Of a DNA stretch of 64,000 bases, positions 1-10,152 are shown one piece after another. Source of the stretch: Streptosporangiaceae bacterium (GTDB lineage Bacteria; Actinomycetota; Actinomycetes; Streptosporangiales; Streptosporangiaceae); assembly GCA_036522155.1 (NCBI GenBank), contig DATDGI010000158.1, forward strand, positions 3,005 through 67,004. The letters run 5' to 3'. Numbering within the stretch: the stretch's first letter is position 1; the number at the start of each line of letters is the position of its first letter. Made by a program: the position numbers and the translations under genes. The notes under the pieces were generated by a model. That model searched no databases, was not told the DNA's origin, and was given only the letters and a program-made list of their open reading frames with translations.

Positions 1-267
1 CTGAACGCGTTCGGCCAGTCGCTGGCGATCGCGCTGGCCCCGCACCGGATCGCGGTCGCCACCGTGGCGCCGGGTTTCGTGGACACCGACATGGCGGCCA
101 GTCATCTCGCCGGGCCAGCGGGCGACCGGATCCGCGCGCAGAGCCCGTTCGGCCGGGTCGCCCGCCCGGACGAGGTCGCCGCCGCCGTGGTCTATCTGGC
201 CGCGGCCGGGTCCGAATGGGCGAGCGGCACCATCCTGGATCTCAACGGCGCCTCCTACCTGCGCTGA
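1..267 (+). CDS. Short-chain dehydrogenase/reductase (FabG-like), 3' part; 5' end lies outside the window
   Basis: Frame 1 is open from nt 1 ([31 protein letters not shown]...[34 protein letters not shown]), a typical SDR C-terminal region. Confidence 0.85.
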   Translation: MNAFGQSLAIALAPHRIAVATVAPGFVDTDMAASHLAGPAGDRIRAQSPFGRVARPDEVAAAVVYLAAAGSEWASGTILDLNGASYLR

Positions 268-300
268 CCCGCCCGCCGCCGGGCGGAGGCGCCCGCCGGG

Positions 301-1110
301 TCAGCGCAGCAGGCCGGCGGTGGCGAGCACGGCCAGCGCGCCGAACGCGCACGCCACGGCGGTGAACCTGGTCATCGCGCGGGGCCCCGGCGCCAGCCGC
401 TCGGCGGTGACCGCCCCGGCCAGCCCGGCCATCCACAGGAGCTGCCCGGCGGGCGCGGCCACCATCACCAGCATCAGGCACCAGCACGAGCCGAGGCAGG
501 CAGCGCCGTTGCGAAGGCCAAAACGCAGCGAACCCCACTCGGCCCGCCACCCGCGCGGCGGCAGCGGCACGGACCGGTGGCAGGCGCGCAGGCAGCGCCG
601 TTTGGCCGGACTCAGCTGCCAGGCGGCCGCCGCGGCCAGCACGGCGGCGAGCGCGGCCGGGCCGGGGATGCGCGGCAGCGCGGCGGCCGCCAGGGCCAGC
701 ACGCCGAACCCCGCCCACACCGCCAGGTAGGCCGCCGCGAACTCGGTCATCGCGCGCGCGCGCCGCCAGCGCAGGCTGTTCAGCCCGGTGTGCCTGATCC
801 CGGCCAGGGCGGCCGGGCCCATCATCGCCACCGTCATCAGCAGCCAGCCGGGCACGCCGCCGGCGGCGGCCGCCCACGGGCCGGCCGCAGCCGGGCGGGC
901 CGGGCCCATGCCGGGCATCCCGGCCATGCCCGCGGCCGGGCCGCCCAGCGCGGGCCAGGCGGCACCGGCCAGCAGCATGAGCCACGCGGCCGACACCACC
1001 ACCGCGGCGGGCAGTTCCGGGTGGCGCAGCAGCAGCCGCCGCCCCGGCGCCCGGAACTGGCGGGCGGCCGGCTGCGGTGGCCGGGCCAGGGCCGCGCCGG
1101 TCACCGCCAT
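301..1110 (-). CDS. Polytopic membrane protein, DUF2182-like (predicted metal-binding membrane protein)
   Basis: Several hydrophobic helices and a KRRCLRACHRSVPLP motif as in DUF2182. The ATG overlaps the stop of the upstream tyrosinase gene (TGATG). Confidence 0.65.
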   Translation of the reverse strand: MAVTGAALARPPQPAARQFRAPGRRLLLRHPELPAAVVVSAAWLMLLAGAAWPALGGPAAGMAGMPGMGPARPAAAGPWAAAAGGVPGWLLMTVAMMGPAALAGIRHTGLNSLRWRRARAMTEFAAAYLAVWAGFGVLALAAAALPRIPGPAALAAVLAAAAAWQLSPAKRRCLRACHRSVPLPPRGWRAEWGSLRFGLRNGAACLGSCWCLMLVMVAAPAGQLLWMAGLAGAVTAERLAPGPRAMTRFTAVACAFGALAVLATAGLLR

Positions 1111-2642
1111 CAGGCGTAGAAGACGCTGATCCGGCCGATGGTGATCGGCAGGTCGGGATGGGCGGTGGCCGCCAGCTCGGCGGCCAGCTCCGGCTGGCCG
1201 GGCGGCGGCTCCAGGGTGATCGGCGCCAGCGTCACCATGAGCTGGTGGCCGTCCTGCCAGCTGCCGTCGGCGGCGAGCTGGTCGAGCAGGCCGGTGATCT
1301 CCAGCGAGGCGCGCAGCCCGTGCGGCTGCTGGTCACCACGCGGGTTGCTGGCGCGCTCGACGCCGAACAGCGAGATGTTGCCCACGTGGTGGGCGGCCAG
1401 GTCGGCATCGCCCGGCTGGTCCGGCAGGTTCACGAACACGCCGTACACCTGGCCCGGATTCCGGGCGGCCTCGATGTCCTCGAAGTCGAGGAACGCCCGG
1501 TGCTGGGCGGGCTGGGCGGCGGCCGCCAGCGCCGCGGCCCGGTCGTCGATCGTGACCGGCACGGTCACGGCGCTGCCCACCAGCTGGACCGGCTGCGTGG
1601 TCGCGCCGAGCAGCTGGCGGACGGCGGGCTCGCCGGTGTCCGGAAGCGGCGCCGCCGGGCGGGCGGGCCAGGGTGATGGCCAGGCCATGGCTGCTCCCTC
1701 CTGCGCGCCCGGCGGCAGGCCCGGAGCGGCGGGCGCGCCCGGCGCGGGCGGCGGGGCCGGGGACGGTGGCGGCGCCGGAGCCGGGGCCTGCGCGGCCGGC
1801 TGGACGTAGCTGTAGCCGAGCGTGCTGATGTTCTTCACGTGCGCGCAGGTGAGCGCGGCCGCCTTGCCGTTGGCATCGATGAAGCTGAACGACTGCGCCG
1901 TCCACCTCTTGTCGGTGGGGTCGGTGTGGTGCTGGGACCACTGCCACCACAGCCGGTCGATGTTGGCGTGGTGCAGCCAGAAGATCGGATCCTGGGCGGC
2001 GGTGTCCGGGTCACCCATCAGGCCGCCGATGCTGTCGTGCACCGCGTTGTGGGGGGTCATCTCGAGCTGCCCGTACTGGGCCCAGAACTGGCCCAGGGCG
2101 GGGGTGATGCCGCCGCCGAACTCGGTGTCGCCGGTGAACGAGGGCCGGGCCAGCGCCTTGGCCGCGGAGGTGACCAGCGGCCGCAGCCCGGCGCCTGCGT
2201 TGATGCCGGGGTTGCGTTCGGCCACGTACAGCGCGTTGTGGGTGCCGTCGGCGCTGGTGGGGGCGCGGAACGCGGTGGGCAGGCTGTTGTGGCCGCCGCC
2301 GCCGTCGTAGTTCCAGTACGGCAGAGCCCAGTTGGCCGGCCCGCCGTCGGCGATGACCTGCGCCCGCACGATCCGCTCGAAGTAGTACAGGTACATCCGG
2401 TGCCAGGCGAGGAAGAACCAGGTGCCGTGCCGGCACTGGTTGGCATAGGCGGGCGGGGACGCGGCGATGCTGCCGTGGATGGCGGCCTGGTAGGCCCAGC
2501 TGGCCGGGTGGTTCGCCGGTTTGGCCTGCATGGCGGCGACCGCCTTGCGGTAGGCGGTGACGATCGGGTCGCCGGCGGCCAGGGTCCAGATGTCGGCCCG
2601 AACGAATGCCTCAGCCATTGCCCAGCCCCCCAAGGTCGCCAC
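1110..2642 (-). CDS. Tyrosinase/polyphenol-oxidase family type-3 copper protein with long C-terminal extension
   Basis: CuA-like HGTWFFLAWHRMYLYYFE and CuB-like PHNAVHDSIGG...DPIFWLHHANIDRLWW motifs. A Pro/Ala-rich linker is followed by a ~190 aa C-terminal domain. The start may instead be the ATG at 2618 (MAEAF). Confidence 0.9.
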   Translation of the reverse strand: MATLGGWAMAEAFVRADIWTLAAGDPIVTAYRKAVAAMQAKPANHPASWAYQAAIHGSIAASPPAYANQCRHGTWFFLAWHRMYLYYFERIVRAQVIADGGPANWALPYWNYDGGGGHNSLPTAFRAPTSADGTHNALYVAERNPGINAGAGLRPLVTSAAKALARPSFTGDTEFGGGITPALGQFWAQYGQLEMTPHNAVHDSIGGLMGDPDTAAQDPIFWLHHANIDRLWWQWSQHHTDPTDKRWTAQSFSFIDANGKAAALTCAHVKNISTLGYSYVQPAAQAPAPAPPPSPAPPPAPGAPAAPGLPPGAQEGAAMAWPSPWPARPAAPLPDTGEPAVRQLLGATTQPVQLVGSAVTVPVTIDDRAAALAAAAQPAQHRAFLDFEDIEAARNPGQVYGVFVNLPDQPGDADLAAHHVGNISLFGVERASNPRGDQQPHGLRASLEITGLLDQLAADGSWQDGHQLMVTLAPITLEPPPGQPELAAELAATAHPDLPITIGRISVFYA

Positions 2643-2703
2643 GGTCCGGCTCAGCGTAATCCCGGCGCGGGAAGGGCGTCGAGGACCGGCCGCGCCGGTG
2701 TCG

Positions 2704-3255
2704 TCAGCCGCCGGGCCCGCGGGCGGGCCGGGCGCCGGCCGCGTGCCGCCGGGCCAATTCCCGGTAGATCCCGGGGTTGGACTCCACCCACTGCTTCGCC
2801 CCGCCGCTGACCTCGCGGACGATCCGGGCCGGCACCCCGGCGGCGAGCATGCCGTCGGGGACGGTCATCCCCGGCGGCACCGTGCACCCGGCCGCGACCA
2901 GGGCGTGGCGGCCGACGACCGCCCCGTCGAGCACGGTGGCGCCGTTGCCGATCAGCGCCTCGAAGCCGATCACGGCCCCGTGGACCACGCACAGGTGGCC
3001 GACGGTGGCCCCCTCCCCGACCTCGGTCACCGGATCGGCGCCGCCGTGCAGGACCGAGCCGTCCTGGACATTGGCACCCCGGCGGACGATGATCCGGCCG
3101 AAATCGGCCCGCAGCACGGCCCCGTACCAGATCGATGCCTCCGCCTCTACCTGCACGTCGCCGACCAGGGTGGCGGTGGGCGCGATCCAGGCGGCCGGGC
3201 TGACGGCGGGCGCGCGGCCCTCGAACTCAAACAGCGGCATCCGCCCATGATGCAC
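2704..3255 (-). CDS. Gamma-carbonic-anhydrase-like hexapeptide-repeat protein (YrdA/PaaY family)
   Basis: MPLFEFEGRAPAVSPAAWIAPTATLVGDV...IWYGAVLRADFGRIIVRRGANVQDGSVLHG, a left-handed beta-helix signature. The likely true start is MPLFEF at 3240. Confidence 0.85.
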   Translation of the reverse strand: MHHGRMPLFEFEGRAPAVSPAAWIAPTATLVGDVQVEAEASIWYGAVLRADFGRIIVRRGANVQDGSVLHGGADPVTEVGEGATVGHLCVVHGAVIGFEALIGNGATVLDGAVVGRHALVAAGCTVPPGMTVPDGMLAAGVPARIVREVSGGAKQWVESNPGIYRELARRHAAGARPARGPGG

Positions 3256-3359
3256 CTGCCGGTGCTCACACCGAACTCACACACAATCCGCGCAGTGCCC
3301 CCAGATGGGCCGCCGATGATGCTGCGGAAGGGTCAGCCGGGCGACGATGGGACGACGGC

Positions 3360-3866
3360 ATGGGTGACGGCACCGGGGGCAGCCATGGCCGGCGGGGCCG
3401 CCTGGTGCCGGTGCTGGCCACCGTGCTGACCGGGACCGCGCTGCTGGCGTCGTGCGGCGGCGGGCCGGCCCCGGCCGGGACCACCGCCTTCCAGCAGGCG
3501 CAGGCCTATGCCCGGTGCATGCGGGCGCACGGGGAGCCGCGCTGGCCCAGCCCGGACAGCCAGGGCCAGTTCCTGATCGCCGGGAAGGGCCAGATCGCCA
3601 TGGGCACCCGGCTGCTGACCGCCAGCCAGGCTTGCCAGCATCTGCTGCTGGCTGGCGGGCAGCTGCTCACGGCCCAGGTGCGGCGGGCGCTCAGCCGGGC
3701 CCAGAACTTTGCCGCCTGCATGCGCAGGCACGGGATCGCGGACTTCCCCGGGCCCGTGGTCAACTCCCAGGGCGTGATTATCCGCGGGGCGGCTGGCTAC
3801 GGCCTCAGCTCGGCCCGGCTTCGCTCGGCGGGCCAGATTTGCCAGTCACTTCTGCCAGGGCGGTGA
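3360..3866 (+). CDS. Secreted lipoprotein with two internal Cys-containing repeats
   Basis: Signal peptide with lipobox LLASCGG. The module (A)CMR(A/R)HG...(W/F)P(S/G)P...SQG...QxCQxLL occurs twice. Confidence 0.6.
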   Translation: MGDGTGGSHGRRGRLVPVLATVLTGTALLASCGGGPAPAGTTAFQQAQAYARCMRAHGEPRWPSPDSQGQFLIAGKGQIAMGTRLLTASQACQHLLLAGGQLLTAQVRRALSRAQNFAACMRRHGIADFPGPVVNSQGVIIRGAAGYGLSSARLRSAGQICQSLLPGR

Positions 3867-3869
3867 GGG

Positions 3870-5027
3870 ATGAGCAGCACGGTTTCTTCCGGGCAGGCGG
3901 CCGGGACGGGCCGATCCGGGCAGCCGGGGCACCGGCGGCGCGCCGGGCGCTGGTGGCTGGTGGCCGTGGTGCTGGTGGTGGTGGCCGGCGTGGTGGGGGC
4001 CGCGGTGGCGGGCGCGTTCGGCACCGGCTCGCCGGGCAGCGGGTCGCCGGTCACCGGCTACCGGACCTCGACCGCTCCGGTGCAGCGGCGGACCCTGGTG
4101 GCGCAGATGACGGTGAATGCGACGCTCGGGGACAGCGGCTCCTACAGCGTGGTCAACCAGGCCGCGGGGACGCTCACGTCGCTGCCCGCGGTGGGCCAGA
4201 TCGTGTCCCAGGGCCAGGTGCTCTACCAGGTCAGCGGCAGCCCGGTGGTGCTGCTGAAGGGCACCGTGCCCGCCTACCGGGATCTGTCCGAGGGAGTGAC
4301 GCCCGGGCCGGACGTAACCGAGCTCAACGCCGACCTGGTGAGGCTGGGCTACGCCACCCGGGCGCTGCTGGGGCCACGGTCGGGCTGGGATGTCTACAGC
4401 GCCGAGACCGCGTACGCGGTGGAGCTCCTGCAGACCGCGCTGGGGATCACCAGCCCCACTGGCAGCCTGGCCCTGGGGGATGCGGTGTTCCTCCCGGTCA
4501 GCTCGGTGAAGGTGACCGCTCTGTCCACCGGGGTGGCGCTGGGCACGGCGGCCACGCCGGCGGCCGCGGTGCTGACCGTCACCTCGACCGTGCCGGTCGT
4601 CACCATCAAGCTGGACTCCGCTGACCAGGGCGAGGTGAAGGCGGGCGACAAGGTGACCATCACCCTGCCGAACGGGCAGGGGACGCCCGGCGTGATTGCC
4701 TCGGTGGGCACGGTCGCCACCAGCGGCTCCAGCGGGTCCACCATCACCGTGCTGGTCGCGCTCACCGACCCGAAGGCGGCCGGCCAGCTTGACCAGGCGC
4801 CGGTGACGGTCTCGATCACCACCGGCGGGGTGAGCAACGTGCTGGTGGTGCCGGTGGCCGCACTGCTGGCCCGGGCCAGCGGCGGGTACGCGGTGGAGGT
4901 GACCGGGCCCGGTGGGCACCACCTGGTGCGGGTGAACGTGGGCATGTTCGACGACGCCGCGGGCGTGGTCCAGGTGTCCGGCGCCGGGCTGGCGGCCGGC
5001 CAGCGTGTCGTGGTGCCGCAGATATGA
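3870..5027 (+). CDS. Efflux periplasmic adaptor (HlyD/MacA-like) with peptidoglycan-binding-like segment
   Basis: N-terminal TM anchor, [14 protein letters not shown] (PG-binding-like), and a beta-barrel/lipoyl-like C-terminal region. The stop overlaps the start of the ABC ATPase gene. Confidence 0.7.
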   Translation: MSSTVSSGQAAGTGRSGQPGHRRRAGRWWLVAVVLVVVAGVVGAAVAGAFGTGSPGSGSPVTGYRTSTAPVQRRTLVAQMTVNATLGDSGSYSVVNQAAGTLTSLPAVGQIVSQGQVLYQVSGSPVVLLKGTVPAYRDLSEGVTPGPDVTELNADLVRLGYATRALLGPRSGWDVYSAETAYAVELLQTALGITSPTGSLALGDAVFLPVSSVKVTALSTGVALGTAATPAAAVLTVTSTVPVVTIKLDSADQGEVKAGDKVTITLPNGQGTPGVIASVGTVATSGSSGSTITVLVALTDPKAAGQLDQAPVTVSITTGGVSNVLVVPVAALLARASGGYAVEVTGPGGHHLVRVNVGMFDDAAGVVQVSGAGLAAGQRVVVPQI

Positions 5028-5851
5028 GCACGACTCACCGCCTGCCGGCCAGCGCCGCGGGTGGCCGGGGACCGGCGCCGGGTGCGGACGGCGGGCCGGG
5101 GGTGGTGCTGGAACTGGCCGGCGTGACCAAGATCTATCCCAGTTCGCCGCCGGTGACCGCGCTGGCCGGGGTGAGCCTGTCGGTCCGGGCGGGCGAGCTG
5201 GTCGCGGTGGCCGGGCCGTCCGGCTCGGGGAAGACCACGCTGCTGCACCTGATGGGCACCCTGGACCGGCCCACCAGCGGCAATGTCCGGGTGACCGGGC
5301 TGGACCTGGCCGGGCTGCGGGACCGGGACCTGGCCGGGCTGCGGGCATCGTCGATCGGGTTCGTGTTCCAGCAGTTCTTCCTGGCCGAGTACCAGACCGC
5401 GCTGGACAACGTCGCCGACGGGCTGCTCTATGCGGGGGCTGGCCTGGCCGAGCGGCGGGAGCGGGCGGCCGCGGCGCTGGTACGGGTGGGGCTGGGCCAC
5501 AAGCTGCAGGCCCGCCCCACCCAGCTGTCCGGGGGTGAGCGGCAGCGGGTCGCGATCGCCCGGGCGGTGGCCGGGCAGCCGGCCATCGTCCTGGCCGACG
5601 AGCCCACCGGCAACCTGGACTCGGCGACCGGCGCTGCCCTGCTGGAACTGCTGGAAGAGCTGAACGCGGCCGGGGTGACCATCGTCGTGGTCACGCACGA
5701 CCATGCCATCGCCGCCCGCATGCGCCGCCGGCTGGCCATGCTGGACGGGCGCATCGTCGATGACACCGCGGTAGTCCCGGCGCCCCCGCCCGCCGGGAAT
5801 CCCCCGCCGCCCGCCGGGAACCCGGCGCCCTCGTCCGGGGAGACGCGATGA
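5024..5851 (+). CDS. ABC transporter ATP-binding protein (MacB/FtsE-like)
   Basis: Walker [13 protein letters not shown], signature [14 protein letters not shown], Walker [13 protein letters not shown]. Confidence 0.9.
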   Translation: MSTTHRLPASAAGGRGPAPGADGGPGVVLELAGVTKIYPSSPPVTALAGVSLSVRAGELVAVAGPSGSGKTTLLHLMGTLDRPTSGNVRVTGLDLAGLRDRDLAGLRASSIGFVFQQFFLAEYQTALDNVADGLLYAGAGLAERRERAAAALVRVGLGHKLQARPTQLSGGERQRVAIARAVAGQPAIVLADEPTGNLDSATGAALLELLEELNAAGVTIVVVTHDHAIAARMRRRLAMLDGRIVDDTAVVPAPPPAGNPPPPAGNPAPSSGETR

Positions 5852-7053
5852 CCGCGGTGGCGCCTGCGCCTGCCCGGCTCCGCCTGGCCGACCTGGCCCG
5901 GCTGGCCTCGGTCGGCCTGCGCACCCGCAAGCTGCGGGCCGGCCTGTCGGCGCTGGGGATATCCATCGGCGTGGCGGCGATCGTCGCAGTGCTGGGCCTG
6001 TCCGCGTCCTCGCAGGCCGGCCTGCTGGCCGAGATCGCCCAGCTCGGCACGAACCTGCTGACCGTGCAGAACGGGCAGAACTTCCTCGGCGGCACCGCGC
6101 AGCTGCCCAAGTCGGCCCCGGCGATGATCGCCCGCATGCCCGGCGTGACCATGGTCCAGGACACCGGCGCTATTCAGAACGTGAACGTGTACCGCAGCCC
6201 GGCCATCCCCGCCATCGACACCAATGCCCTCACCCTCCAGGCGGCCAGCCTCGGCCTGCTGCCCGCCGTGGGCACCACCGTGGCCCGGGGCGCGTATCTC
6301 AACGCCGCCACGGCACGGGAGCCGGTGGCCGTGCTCGGCGCCGCCGCCGCCCAGCGGCTGGGGATCGACCGGATCTGGCCGGGCGAGCGGATCTGGGTGA
6401 ACGGCATGTGGTTCTACGTGGTCGGCACCCTCAAGCCCGCCGCGCTGGCCCCGGAGATCGACTCATCGGTGCTGATCGGTTTCCCGGCCGCGCACACCTA
6501 CCTGGGCTACGGCGGTCACCCCTCGACCATCTACCTGCGGACCACCACCGGCGCCGTGAACAGCGTGGACAACCTGCTGGCCGCCCAGGCCAACCCGCAG
6601 AACCCGCAGCAGGTCAACGTGTCCCAGCCGTCGGCCGCGCTCACCGCGCAGGCCGACGCGGCGGGCGCCTTCGACGTGCTGTTCCTCGGCCTGGGCGCGG
6701 TCGCGCTGCTGGTCGGCGCGGTCGGGGTGGCCAACATCATGGTCATATCCGTCCTCGAACGCCGGTCCGAGATTGGGCTGCGCCGGGCGCTCGGCGCCAC
6801 CCGGGGGCACATCCGGATCCAGTTCCTGTCCGAGGCCATCCTGCTGGCGCTGGCCGGCGGCGTCGCCGGGGTGGTCTTCGGCGTGGTCGCCACCACTGTT
6901 TACGCCCACACCAAGGGCTGGGCCACCGTCATCCCGCCGGTGGCCTGGGCCGGGGGCATCGGCGCCGCCCTGGTCATCGGGGCCGTGGCCGGCCTGCTGC
7001 CCGCCCTGCGGGCCGCCCGGCTGTCACCCACCGAGGCCCTCTGGACCCTGTGA
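5848..7053 (+). CDS. ABC transporter permease, FtsX/MacB-type
   Basis: One N-terminal TM, a large extracytoplasmic domain and a C-terminal FtsX-like 3-TM bundle ([19 protein letters not shown]). Start overlaps the upstream stop. Confidence 0.9.
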   Translation: MTAVAPAPARLRLADLARLASVGLRTRKLRAGLSALGISIGVAAIVAVLGLSASSQAGLLAEIAQLGTNLLTVQNGQNFLGGTAQLPKSAPAMIARMPGVTMVQDTGAIQNVNVYRSPAIPAIDTNALTLQAASLGLLPAVGTTVARGAYLNAATAREPVAVLGAAAAQRLGIDRIWPGERIWVNGMWFYVVGTLKPAALAPEIDSSVLIGFPAAHTYLGYGGHPSTIYLRTTTGAVNSVDNLLAAQANPQNPQQVNVSQPSAALTAQADAAGAFDVLFLGLGAVALLVGAVGVANIMVISVLERRSEIGLRRALGATRGHIRIQFLSEAILLALAGGVAGVVFGVVATTVYAHTKGWATVIPPVAWAGGIGAALVIGAVAGLLPALRAARLSPTEALWTL

Positions 7054-7148
7054 TCCCTCGCTCCTCCGCTGGCCCTCCCGGCTGGGGGTTATCCCCCTGG
7101 TGAAGACGGGCGGTAACCGCGTTCCGCGCGGCCGCCGCCGTTCCTAGC

Positions 7149-7910
7149 GTGATGGGCATGATCGAGGTCCGTAACCTGACCAAACGCTATGGCGGCACGA
7201 TCGCGGTCGATGCGCTCAGCTTCGACCTCCGGCCGGGGATGGTGACCGGGTTCCTGGGTCCCAACGGATCCGGCAAGTCCACCACCCTTCGGCTGATCCT
7301 GGGGCTGGACCGGCCCAACGCCGGGCAGGCCCGGATCGGCGGCCGCCGCTACCGTGACCTGCGCTGGCCGCTGCGGGAGGCCGGGGCGCTGCTGGAGGCC
7401 AAGGCCTTTCCCCCGGGCCGCAGCGCCCGGGATCACCTGGCCGCGCTGGCCGCCAGCAACGCGATCGCCCGGAGCCGGGTGGACGAGGTGCTCGGCCTGG
7501 TCGGCCTGGCCGGCGCGGGCCGCCGCCGCGCGGGGAAGTTCTCACTCGGCATGGCGCAGCGGCTGGGCATCGCCGCCGCCCTGCTCGGGGACCCGCCGGT
7601 GCTGCTGCTGGACGAGCCGGTCAACGGCCTGGACCCGGCCGGCATCCACTGGCTGCGCGAACTGCTGACCTCGCTGGCCCGCCAGGGCCGCATCGTGTTC
7701 GTGTCCAGCCACCTGATCAGCGAGATGGCGCTGATGGCGGAGCGGCTGGTAGTGATCGGCCAGGGACGGCTGCTGGCCGACACCTCGGTCGCCGAACTGG
7801 CCGCCCGCGGGCCATCGCTGGAGGCCGCGTTCCTGGATCTGACCAGCGGCAGCACCGAGTACCGGGCGGCGCAGCCGCCCGCCGTCCGGCATCCGGAGGC
7901 ATCGTCATGA
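7149..7910 (+). CDS. ABC-2-type transporter ATP-binding protein
   Basis: GPNGSGKSTTLRLI, FSLGMAQRLGIAAAL, LLLDEPVNGLD. Confidence 0.9.
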   Translation: MMGMIEVRNLTKRYGGTIAVDALSFDLRPGMVTGFLGPNGSGKSTTLRLILGLDRPNAGQARIGGRRYRDLRWPLREAGALLEAKAFPPGRSARDHLAALAASNAIARSRVDEVLGLVGLAGAGRRRAGKFSLGMAQRLGIAAALLGDPPVLLLDEPVNGLDPAGIHWLRELLTSLARQGRIVFVSSHLISEMALMAERLVVIGQGRLLADTSVAELAARGPSLEAAFLDLTSGSTEYRAAQPPAVRHPEASS

Positions 7911-8704
7911 CCACGTTCAGCGCCCGCGTCCCGGCCGGCCGCTACCGGTTCCGGCACGCCGCCCGGATGGAATGGATCAAACTGCGGAGCCTGCGCTCCA
8001 CCTGGTGGACGCTGGTGGTGGCGGCCGTGGGCGCGGTCGGCATCGCCGTCACGGTGGGGCTCAACACCGAGAACGCGGCCGGCGATCTGACCAACAACGC
8101 GCTGGCGGGGATCATCCCGTCGCTGCTGCTGACCGGCGTGCTCGGGGTGGTCTTCATGACCAGCGAGTACTCCTCAGGGATGATCCGGGCGACGCTCGCC
8201 GCGATCCCGCGGCGGCCGGTGCTGCTGGCCGCGAAGGCGGCCGTGCTCGCGGTGCTGGCACTGACCCTCGGCGAGGCGGCGGCCTTCATCGCGTTCTTCG
8301 CGGGCGGCGCCACCCTGCCGGCCGGCATCGCCGCGCCGGCCCTGGGCCAGCCGGGCGTGCTCCGCGCGGTGCTGCTGTCGGGCACCAGCTTCTGCCTGAT
8401 CGGGCTGCTCGGCCTCGGGCTCGGGGCCATCATCCGGCACACCGCGGCCGCGGTGGCCGTGCTGGTCGGCGGCGTCTACCTGGCCCCGTCGATCCTCGGC
8501 TTCGCCACCCATCACATCGCGGCCTACACGCCGATCCTGATCATCGGGAACTCGCTGAGCACCACCAAGCCGGTGCTGTGTGGGGCAGCCGCCGCCCAGT
8601 GCCCGCACTTCCTGCCGCCGCTGGCCGGCCTCGGGGTGCTCTGCCTGTATGCCGCGGCCGCCCTCGGGGCCGGCTGGTGGCTGTTCGCCCGCCGGGATGC
8701 CTGA
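7907..8704 (+). CDS. ABC-2 family permease
   Basis: Six hydrophobic segments. Overlaps the ATPase stop, as in the usual ABC-2 arrangement. Confidence 0.8.
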   Translation: MTTFSARVPAGRYRFRHAARMEWIKLRSLRSTWWTLVVAAVGAVGIAVTVGLNTENAAGDLTNNALAGIIPSLLLTGVLGVVFMTSEYSSGMIRATLAAIPRRPVLLAAKAAVLAVLALTLGEAAAFIAFFAGGATLPAGIAAPALGQPGVLRAVLLSGTSFCLIGLLGLGLGAIIRHTAAAVAVLVGGVYLAPSILGFATHHIAAYTPILIIGNSLSTTKPVLCGAAAAQCPHFLPPLAGLGVLCLYAAAALGAGWWLFARRDA

Positions 8705-10142
8705 GCGGGACAATGGTGAGGTGGCTACCACCGGCTCGGTGAACCCGGTGAGCGCGCCCGGCCCGTCCCGGCGGCACGGCGCCGCCGCCCTGAGCCGCGA
8801 CCTGCTCCGGGCGCCGGTCACCGGCCGGGCCCGCCGGGATCTGCTGTTCTGCCTGGCGGAATCGGCCCTCGCGGTGGTGGTCCTGGCCGGCCTCGGTGCG
8901 CTGCCCGGGCTGCCGCTGGCCGTGACCCTGCTGGTAAGCGGCGGCCAGCCGGTGCCGCCGCCGTCGCACGCGCATCCGGCCGGGGTGGTGCCGGTGTTCG
9001 CCCTCACGGTCATCGGCGCGCTGCTGCTGCTCGTGCTGCTGGCCCCGCGGGCGGGCCGCGGGCTGGCGGCCGTGCACGGCCGGCTGGCCGCCCGGCTGCT
9101 GGGCGTGCGGCTGGCGGGCCTGCCGCCGGTCCCGGCCGCCCGAGGCCCGTTTGGGTGGCTGGCCGCCACCGCCCGGGACGGCCCCGGCTGGCGCGCGGTG
9201 GCCTGCCTGGTGCTGAAATTGCCGGTCGCGGTGGCCGAAGGTTGCGCCGTCTTCCTGGCCATCTTCGGGCCGGTCAACATGACCTACCCGTTCTGGTGGC
9301 GCCTGTTCCGCAACCACCCGCCGGGGGTCCACCTGCAGCCCGCGGTCGCGCTGACCCCGTTCGGCTCGCTGCCGGTCGCCACCTTCGCCGGCAGCTTCGC
9401 GGCGTTCGCCGCCGGGGCGGCCATGCTGCTCGCCGCCCCCTGGCTGGCCCGGGCCGCCGCCGCGGCCGACTGCTGGCTGATGCGGGCCATGCTGGGCCCG
9501 GGCCGGCTGACGCAGCGGGTCGCCGATCTGGAACAGACCAGGGCGCAGGCGGTGCAGGACTCGGCCGCGCTGCTGCGCCGGCTGGAACGCGACCTGCACG
9601 ACGGCGCACAGGTGCGGCTGGCCACGCTGGCCATGAACCTCGGGCTGGCCCGGGAGAAGCTGGGGCCGGGCGCTGACCCGGCCGTCCGCGAACTGGTCGA
9701 CGCCGCCCATCGCGGCGCCAAGGACGCGCTGGCCGAACTGCGCGGCCTGGCCCGGGGCATCCACCCGCCGGTGCTGGACAACGGGCTGCCCGACGCACTG
9801 GCCACCCTGGCCGCGGGCAGCCCGCTGCCGGTCCGGCTGACGACGGCCCTGCCCCGGCGCCCGGCGCCCGCCATCGAGACGATCGCCTACTTCTGCGCGG
9901 CCGAGCTGCTCGCCAACGCGACCAAGCACAGCCGGGCCAACCAGGTCACCATCGACGTGGCCGCGTCCGGGGAGGTGCTCGAACTGCGGGTCGGCGACGA
10001 CGGGTGCGGCGGGGCCGACCCGTCCGGCGGCGGCCTGTCCGGGCTGGCCCAGCGGGTCAGCGTGGTCGACGGCCAGGTACGGACGGTCAGCCCGCCGGGC
10101 GGCCCGACGCAGATCACCGTCACCCTGCCGATGCAGGCGTGA
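8697..10142 (+). CDS. Sensor histidine kinase (HisKA_3/NarL-partner type)
   Basis: LERDLHDGAQVRLATLAMNL H-box and a HATPase region (AAELLANATKHS...DDGCGGAD). I chose the ATG at 8697, which overlaps the permease stop, rather than the track start at 8580. Confidence 0.85.
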   Translation: MPERDNGEVATTGSVNPVSAPGPSRRHGAAALSRDLLRAPVTGRARRDLLFCLAESALAVVVLAGLGALPGLPLAVTLLVSGGQPVPPPSHAHPAGVVPVFALTVIGALLLLVLLAPRAGRGLAAVHGRLAARLLGVRLAGLPPVPAARGPFGWLAATARDGPGWRAVACLVLKLPVAVAEGCAVFLAIFGPVNMTYPFWWRLFRNHPPGVHLQPAVALTPFGSLPVATFAGSFAAFAAGAAMLLAAPWLARAAAAADCWLMRAMLGPGRLTQRVADLEQTRAQAVQDSAALLRRLERDLHDGAQVRLATLAMNLGLAREKLGPGADPAVRELVDAAHRGAKDALAELRGLARGIHPPVLDNGLPDALATLAAGSPLPVRLTTALPRRPAPAIETIAYFCAAELLANATKHSRANQVTIDVAASGEVLELRVGDDGCGGADPSGGGLSGLAQRVSVVDGQVRTVSPPGGPTQITVTLPMQA

Positions 10143-10152
10143 GGCAGCTGCC

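Noticed and set aside
3846-5348. Very long antisense or overlapping ORFs. Examples: 242..985 -, 3846..5348 -, 4394..5704 -, 8541..10196 -, 11190..13469 -, 24519..26054 +, 27975..29252 +, 45233..46336 -, 58268..59917 -.
   Set aside because: They are Arg/Pro/Gly/Ala-rich with no recognisable motifs. Each lies opposite to, or out of frame with, an ORF that has clear family signatures. This is typical shadow-ORF behaviour in ~70% G+C DNA.
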